Assembly (NCBI GenBank): GCA_016194905.1
Contig: JACQAP010000009.1
Span: 77,569 to 141,568 of the forward strand
Length of the DNA stretch: 64,000 nt
Source of the DNA: Betaproteobacteria bacterium
GTDB lineage: Bacteria; Pseudomonadota; Gammaproteobacteria; Burkholderiales; JACQAP01
Reading direction: 5' to 3'
Positions within the stretch are counted from its first letter, which is position 1. Each line of letters begins with the position of its first letter. The notes beneath the pieces are model-generated. The model was not told the DNA's origin. It did no database searches and saw nothing but the letters and a program-made list of their open reading frames with translations. Positions 59,851 through 64,000 of the stretch are shown piece by piece. The position numbers and the translations under genes are program-made.

Positions 59851-60855
59851 TTAACCTTCAGCATCCGTGCGAAGGCCTTTGCTCCGGATCTCGCTCCTAC
59901 GCCAGCTTGCCGGAGGCATGCCGAATTCACGTTTGAAGGCGCGGTTGAATGCCGCCTCCGAATCGTAGCCCACGTGTTCCGCCACGTCGGCAAGCGACTT
60001 TTCACCGTCACGCAGTTGCTGAGCGGCGATCTGCAGGCGCCAGCGGGCCAGGTATTGCATGGGCGGCTGCCCGAGGAAATCGGTGAAGCGCTGGGCCAGC
60101 GCGGAGCGCGACAATCCCACCTTGCGCGCGAGCTCATCGACCGTCCATGCATGCGCGGGCTGGCTATGCAGCAACGACAGCGCGCGGCCGACGAAGCGGT
60201 CGCGCAATCCCGCGAGCCAGTTCTTCTCGTCCGCCGGCAATGTATCGATACAGCGACGCACCGCTTCGACGAACAACAGCTCGGAGAGCTTGCCCAGCAC
60301 CGTCGCGCTGCCCGGTCGCGAAACTGCCGCTTCCTCCGAAGCGAAGCGCAGCGATGATTCGAGCCAGGCGGATCCGCTGCTGTTGCGCACGTCCACCTTG
60401 AAAATGCGCGGCAGCGAAGCCAGCAGGGGATTGCTCAGCGCTTCGTCGCAGGCGAGGAACCCGCACACCACCCGCGTCTTCTCTCCTCCTCCGCCGTAAG
60501 TCAGCCTCATCACGTCCCCGGGAGGGGTATCCAACTGATCGGCCAGCAGGGCGGCCGACGGTGTGCGCGGCAGATCGAGCACGCTGCCCATGACGTGCGT
60601 CTCGCCTTGCGGGACCACCAGGAGCTCGCCGGCGGAAAGCCGCAGGGCGGAGGTGTCGTCATCGGCAAGCCGTGCCCAGCATGATCCCTCCACAATCAGA
60701 TGATAGGAGACCACTCGTTGCGAGCTCGGCAGAAAATCGGCGCAAAGCGACCTCTCTGCCCGGCCTTCCACGCACCACGGGGCACTGAACTCCGCGTTCA
60801 GGAAGACGGCGCCGCTGAGCCTCACAGCGCGAAGAACGTCCGACAAGGCATCCAT
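59851..60855 (-). CDS. AraC-family transcriptional regulator with N-terminal cupin-type sensor domain
   Basis: 334 aa. N-terminus MDALSDVLRAVRLSGAVF..AEFSAPW (AraC cupin_6 type). C-terminal double HTH (W.V.ELA...G.SRS.L...F....G..P..YL..WR...A). Confidence 0.9.
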   Translation of the reverse strand: MDALSDVLRAVRLSGAVFLNAEFSAPWCVEGRAERSLCADFLPSSQRVVSYHLIVEGSCWARLADDDTSALRLSAGELLVVPQGETHVMGSVLDLPRTPSAALLADQLDTPPGDVMRLTYGGGGEKTRVVCGFLACDEALSNPLLASLPRIFKVDVRNSSGSAWLESSLRFASEEAAVSRPGSATVLGKLSELLFVEAVRRCIDTLPADEKNWLAGLRDRFVGRALSLLHSQPAHAWTVDELARKVGLSRSALAQRFTDFLGQPPMQYLARWRLQIAAQQLRDGEKSLADVAEHVGYDSEAAFNRAFKREFGMPPASWRRSEIRSKGLRTDAEG

Positions 60856-60988
60856 AGTAGAGGGTCAATTCCGGCGTCCCGCGCAAGAAAATCGGACGCC
60901 TGAGCATTCAACCGGAATACGAGGGCGGGAATACTAGCATCCGACCACCAACGCAACAACGACGCCATTTCATTCAAGGAGTACAACA

Positions 60989-61822
60989 ATGTCCGCAGTC
61001 ATTTCCACTTCCCCACCCGCCATTGATCTCGCCGCCGTCAAGACCCGCCAGCAAGCCGCCTGGTCCACGGGCAACTATGCCGTCGTGGGCACCACTCTGC
61101 AGATCGTCGGCGAGAACCTTTGCGAAGCGCTCGACCTGCGCGCAGGCAGCCGCGTGCTCGACGTCGCCGCCGGCAACGGCAATGCCACGCTTGCGGCCGC
61201 GCGCCGCTGGTGCGACGTGACCTCCACCGATTATGTGTCCTCGCTGCTCGAGTCCGGGCGAGCGCGGGCGCAGGCCGAAGGCCACACGATCCAGTTCCAG
61301 GAAGCCGACGCCGAGAACCTGCCCTTCCCCGACGCGTCGTTCGACGCGGTGATGTCCACCTTCGGCGTGATGTTCACCCCGAACCAGGACAAGGCGGCGA
61401 GCGAGCTCGCGCGCGTCTGCGAGCCCGGCGGCCGGATCGGCCTGGCGAACTGGACTCCCGAGAGCTTCATCGGACAACTGTTCAAAACGATCGGCAAGTA
61501 CATCCCGCCCGCGCCGGGCGTCAAATCCCCGGCACTGTGGGGCACGAAGGCAAGGCTCGGGGAGCTCTTCGGCAAAACCGCGAACGAGATCCGCACGACC
61601 AGCCGCCAGTTCACCTTCCGCTATCGCTCGCCGGCACACTGGATCGAAGTGTTCCGCACCTACTACGGCCCGATGAACAAGACTTTCGGCGCGCTCGATG
61701 CCGGGAAGCAGGCTGCCTTCACCCGGGACTTGCAGGCTCTCATGGAGCGCGACAACCGCTCGGGCGACGGCACGCTGGTGCTGCCGAGCGAGTACCTCGA
61801 AGTCGTGATCGAGCGGAAGTAA
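60989..61822 (+). CDS. Class I SAM-dependent methyltransferase
   Basis: 277 aa. VLDVAAGNGNATLAAA (motif I), FPDASFDAV.S.FG.MF, GGRIGLANW. Confidence 0.85.
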   Translation: MSAVISTSPPAIDLAAVKTRQQAAWSTGNYAVVGTTLQIVGENLCEALDLRAGSRVLDVAAGNGNATLAAARRWCDVTSTDYVSSLLESGRARAQAEGHTIQFQEADAENLPFPDASFDAVMSTFGVMFTPNQDKAASELARVCEPGGRIGLANWTPESFIGQLFKTIGKYIPPAPGVKSPALWGTKARLGELFGKTANEIRTTSRQFTFRYRSPAHWIEVFRTYYGPMNKTFGALDAGKQAAFTRDLQALMERDNRSGDGTLVLPSEYLEVVIERK

Positions 61823-61895
61823 TGGCTTCCGGCAAAAATCAATCGGCCGGACAGGCCTGCATCGGCAGGACGAGTGCAAACCAACGAGGTGCATC

Positions 61896-62330
61896 ATGAG
61901 CAACGGAAAATCTTACAAAGGCAGTTGCTTTTGCGGCGCGGTTCAGTTCACGGTCAGTGGCGAGCCGGCCGCAATGGGTTATTGCCATTGCGAGTCGTGT
62001 CGAAGCTGGTCGGCGGGACCTGTCAACGCCTTCACTCTATGGAAACCCGAAGCGGTGCAGATCACGCGGGGAGCGGACAACATCGGCACTTACAACAAGA
62101 CGCCGCGCAGTTATCGCAAATGGTGCAAGACGTGTGGAGGCCACCTCTTCACCGAGCATCCCGGCTGGGCACTCACCGACGTGTATGCGGCGGCTATTCC
62201 TGACTTTCCTTATCAAGCCGGCATCCATGTCAACTATCAGGAGACGAAGCTGCGCATCAAGGACGGGTTGCCGAAGATGAAAGACGTCCCGAAGGAAATG
62301 GGGGGCTCGGGTGTCAGCATGGCGGAATAA
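61896..62330 (+). CDS. GFA/CENP-V-family protein (glutathione-dependent formaldehyde-activating enzyme fold)
   Basis: 144 aa. Cys-rich zinc pattern: GSCFCGAV, YCHCESCR, WCKTCGGHLF. Confidence 0.85.
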   Translation: MSNGKSYKGSCFCGAVQFTVSGEPAAMGYCHCESCRSWSAGPVNAFTLWKPEAVQITRGADNIGTYNKTPRSYRKWCKTCGGHLFTEHPGWALTDVYAAAIPDFPYQAGIHVNYQETKLRIKDGLPKMKDVPKEMGGSGVSMAE

Positions 62331-62379
62331 CACGGCGGGCTCTTCAAGCACCATCGCCGGCGGCGGTCGCCGCATGATG

Positions 62380-62410
62380 ACGACGTCGCCTTTTTCGGCG
62401 ACGTCGTTTG
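62380..62410 (+). terminator. Candidate intrinsic terminator after the GFA gene
   Basis: ACGACGTCGCC-tttttc-GGCGACGTCGT (11-bp stem) is followed by only TTTG. Confidence 0.45.
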
Positions 62411-62483
62411 TCATCGGCATTTCCCCGGCGAACCGCTGCTTTTCCACCGAGGAGCGTTCTGCACGACAAATGCTGGTAGATGC

Positions 62484-62589
62484 CGTGACGGCGTGACGGT
62501 CGTGACGGCGCGATAGTTCGGTGGCGAACGCCTGAGTTCTGAAGCGGGAGGACTCGACCTCGCGGCGTCACGACGTCACGACCGTCACG
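62484..62589. repeat. Intergenic palindromic element E10 (GTGACGG word arms)
   Basis: Left arm is cgtgacggcgtgacggtcgtgacggcg (62484-62510). Right arm is cgcggcgtcacgacgtcacgaccgtcacg (62561-62589). The centre is 50 bp. Confidence 0.85.
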
Positions 62590-62673
62590 AAACCTGCAGA
62601 AGCGGTGCGTCTGCAAAGAACGCCGGTGTCTGCGTCAAGTCTGCAATCTGGCTCGCGTGCAAAATTCACCATC

Positions 62674-64000
62674 ATGCAAGCGACCTCTCTAGCCCTCGAT
62701 CACCTCCTGCGCGCCGTCGGCGATCCCGTCGTCGAGCTTTGCGATATCGGACCAGGGCATCCCGAGTTCAATCAAGCACAGACCATCCGGGCCGCAGCTG
62801 GCGTCCTCGCGAAAATTCCGGACACCTTTCCTGCGATCGCGCAAGCGATCCGGACAGCCGATGGCCGCGCGGTATCGCCGCAGACACGCGCCCACTTTGC
62901 TGCGGCCGAGGCGTGGCTATCCGGGAACCCGGTCCTCGCCGCTGAACGCTATGCGTCGATTCTGGACAGGTGGCCTTGCGATCTGCTGGCGCTGCGGCTC
63001 GCGCTGTCGTGCTACTTCTTCCTTGGTTGGCATGACCAGCTCTGCGCGGTCGTCGATGCGGTTGTGCCGGCATGGACGCGTGATCAGCGCAATTTCGGAT
63101 TCGTGCTTGCCATGGCGTCATTCGCGCACGCTGAAAACGGCGACGCCGCGTACGCCGAGGCACTGGGGCGGGAAGCGCTGGCGAGCGACCCTGCCTGCCC
63201 GCTGGGCGTGCACGCGGTGGCGCACGCGATTGCCGAGTCCGGGCGACACCGCGACGGTGCACAATGGATGCGCGATCAGGGCGCCCAATGGGCCACGGAG
63301 AGCCGCATGCGCACGCACAACGCATGGCATCTCGCCATGTTCGACGCCGAGGCAGGAAACGTCGCGTCGGCGCTCGGCATACTCGATGCCTGGTTGCTTC
63401 CCGCCAGTGCGGGATCGCCACTCGACGCGTGCGACGCCGCTGCTCTGCTATGGCGCCTCGCGACCGCGGGGGTCGACGACGAAGGCCGCTGGGGCAGGGT
63501 TTCCGACGCCTTCGAACGGACAATGACGCCGGGATTCTGGCCCTATGTCGACCTTCATGCGGCGCTCGCGCACTTGAGCGCCGGCAAGCAGGCGCGGGCA
63601 CAACGTCTCGTTCAGGCGATCGAGCAATGTGCGCAAGGCGGCAACTACGCAGCCTTGCGCGCGCGGCACATCACCCAGCCAGGTTTGCGGGCGCTTGGCG
63701 CCTGGGCCGAAGGCCGCTACGGCGAGGCCGCCGGGCTGCTCGCAGGCCTGCGACCCGTTCTCGGCGACGTCGGCGGAAGCCGCGTCCAGTTGGAAGTCTT
63801 CAAGAGCATCGAGCACGAGGCCGTCCGTCGGCAACGCGCTCGGCAGTCCAAACTCTCTCTTGAACGCCCGGTTGAACGCAGCTTCGGATTCCTTTCCTCG
63901 GTAAGTCCCTTACGCAGAGAGCAAGCCGTACAATGCGTTGGCGGGGATACTTTGCGCCATGCTTGGCGTGCCGTGGCGTCCAGTGATCCAGGGCATGACC
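62674..64000 (+). CDS. TTC38-like tetratricopeptide-repeat protein, 3' end outside window (not in the ORF track)
   Basis: I translated by hand from the ATG at 62674 and found no stop up to nt 64000. WPCDLLALRLALSCYFFLG, FGFVLAMASFAHAENGD...AEALGREAL, GVHAVAHAIAESGR and THNAWHLAMF match the TTC38 family pattern. Confidence 0.75.
   Translation, partial: MQATSLALDHLLRAVGDPVVELCDIGPGHPEFNQAQTIRAAAGVLAKIPDTFPAIAQAIRTADGRAVSPQTRAHFAAAEAWLSGNPVLAAERYASILDRWPCDLLALRLALSCYFFLGWHDQLCAVVDAVVPAWTRDQRNFGFVLAMASFAHAENGDAAYAEALGREALASDPACPLGVHAVAHAIAESGRHRDGAQWMRDQGAQWATESRMRTHNAWHLAMFDAEAGNVASALGILDAWLLPASAGSPLDACDAAALLWRLATAGVDDEGRWGRVSDAFERTMTPGFWPYVDLHAALAHLSAGKQARAQRLVQAIEQCAQGGNYAALRARHITQPGLRALGAWAEGRYGEAAGLLAGLRPVLGDVGGSRVQLEVFKSIEHEAVRRQRARQSKLSLERPVERSFGFLSSVSPLRREQAVQCVGGDTLRHAWRAVASSDPGHD

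Noticed and set aside
62689-62895. 68-aa minus-strand ORF and plus-strand ORFs 62861..63526 and 63264..63863.
   Set aside because: All overlap the hand-translated open frame 62674..>64000. That frame has a clear TTC38-family pattern and is missing from the track only because it has no stop inside the window.
1-64000. Search for rRNA, tRNA, tmRNA, transposases, integrases, phage genes, riboswitches (for example upstream of metY) and CRISPR-Cas.
   Set aside because: None was recognised by eye in any intergenic gap or ORF. A covariance-model scan would be needed to exclude small RNAs formally.

Overview
GC-rich, gene-dense chromosomal segment of proteobacterial type with about 70 CDS. I recognised no rRNA, tRNA, CRISPR array, transposase, integrase or phage gene. 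All calls come from reading the translated ORFs and the DNA by eye. Start codons are best guesses (the ORF track uses the longest ATG/GTG/TTG ORF) and identities are not computed.

Layout:
- 0.3-7.2 kb: housekeeping-type minus-strand genes (MFS transporter, metY, CoA-binding protein, lipoprotein aminopeptidase, alpha/beta hydrolase, 3-hydroxyacyl-CoA dehydrogenase) plus a TauE-type exporter.
- 7.2-23.8 kb: the most unusual block. It holds three full-length paralogs of a ~1050-aa MalT-type STAND P-loop ATPase whose C-terminus is a SARP module (OmpR-type winged helix + BTAD). Each is followed by small cargo genes. Two modules carry a secreted 4-Cys protein with a GTGK[YF]xG motif plus a 62-65-aa conserved protein, in opposite gene order. 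The third carries an HExxH protein. 11-bp-phased TTACGGAT-like direct repeats sit between regulator and cargo. Two orphan LivK-type binding proteins, a third secreted paralog and a nucleotidyltransferase two-gene module lie between the regulators.
- 24-33.9 kb: epoxide hydrolase, a secreted Sel1-repeat protein translationally coupled to a second HExxH paralog, a dehalogenase-like hydrolase, aminotransferase, ketopantoate-reductase family protein, enolase-superfamily enzyme, FAD oxidase and an ArsC-family protein.
- 34.4-40.9 kb: a dense same-strand array of ArsR regulators and small ligand-binding-fold proteins (SRPBCC/AHSA1 x5, VOC x4, YciI, YceI).
- 41-47.9 kb: DHA2 MFS transporter, AraC, SDR, DUF427, ABC-2 exporter, haloacid dehalogenase and a serine hydrolase.
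- 47.9-51 kb: a patchwork region. A tandem kinase-pseudokinase gene is followed by a 3' fragment of a serine-hydrolase paralog, a 5'-truncated thioesterase and a short ABC-2 permease remnant.
- 51-64 kb: a large secreted CxxCH protein, secreted RidA, PEBP, a bactofilin pair, PNPOx/LysR, methyltransferases, AraC, GFA, and a TTC38-like ORF that runs off the window end and is absent from the ORF track.

In addition, nine intergenic gaps carry palindromic elements whose arms are built from locus-specific tandem 7-10-nt words.
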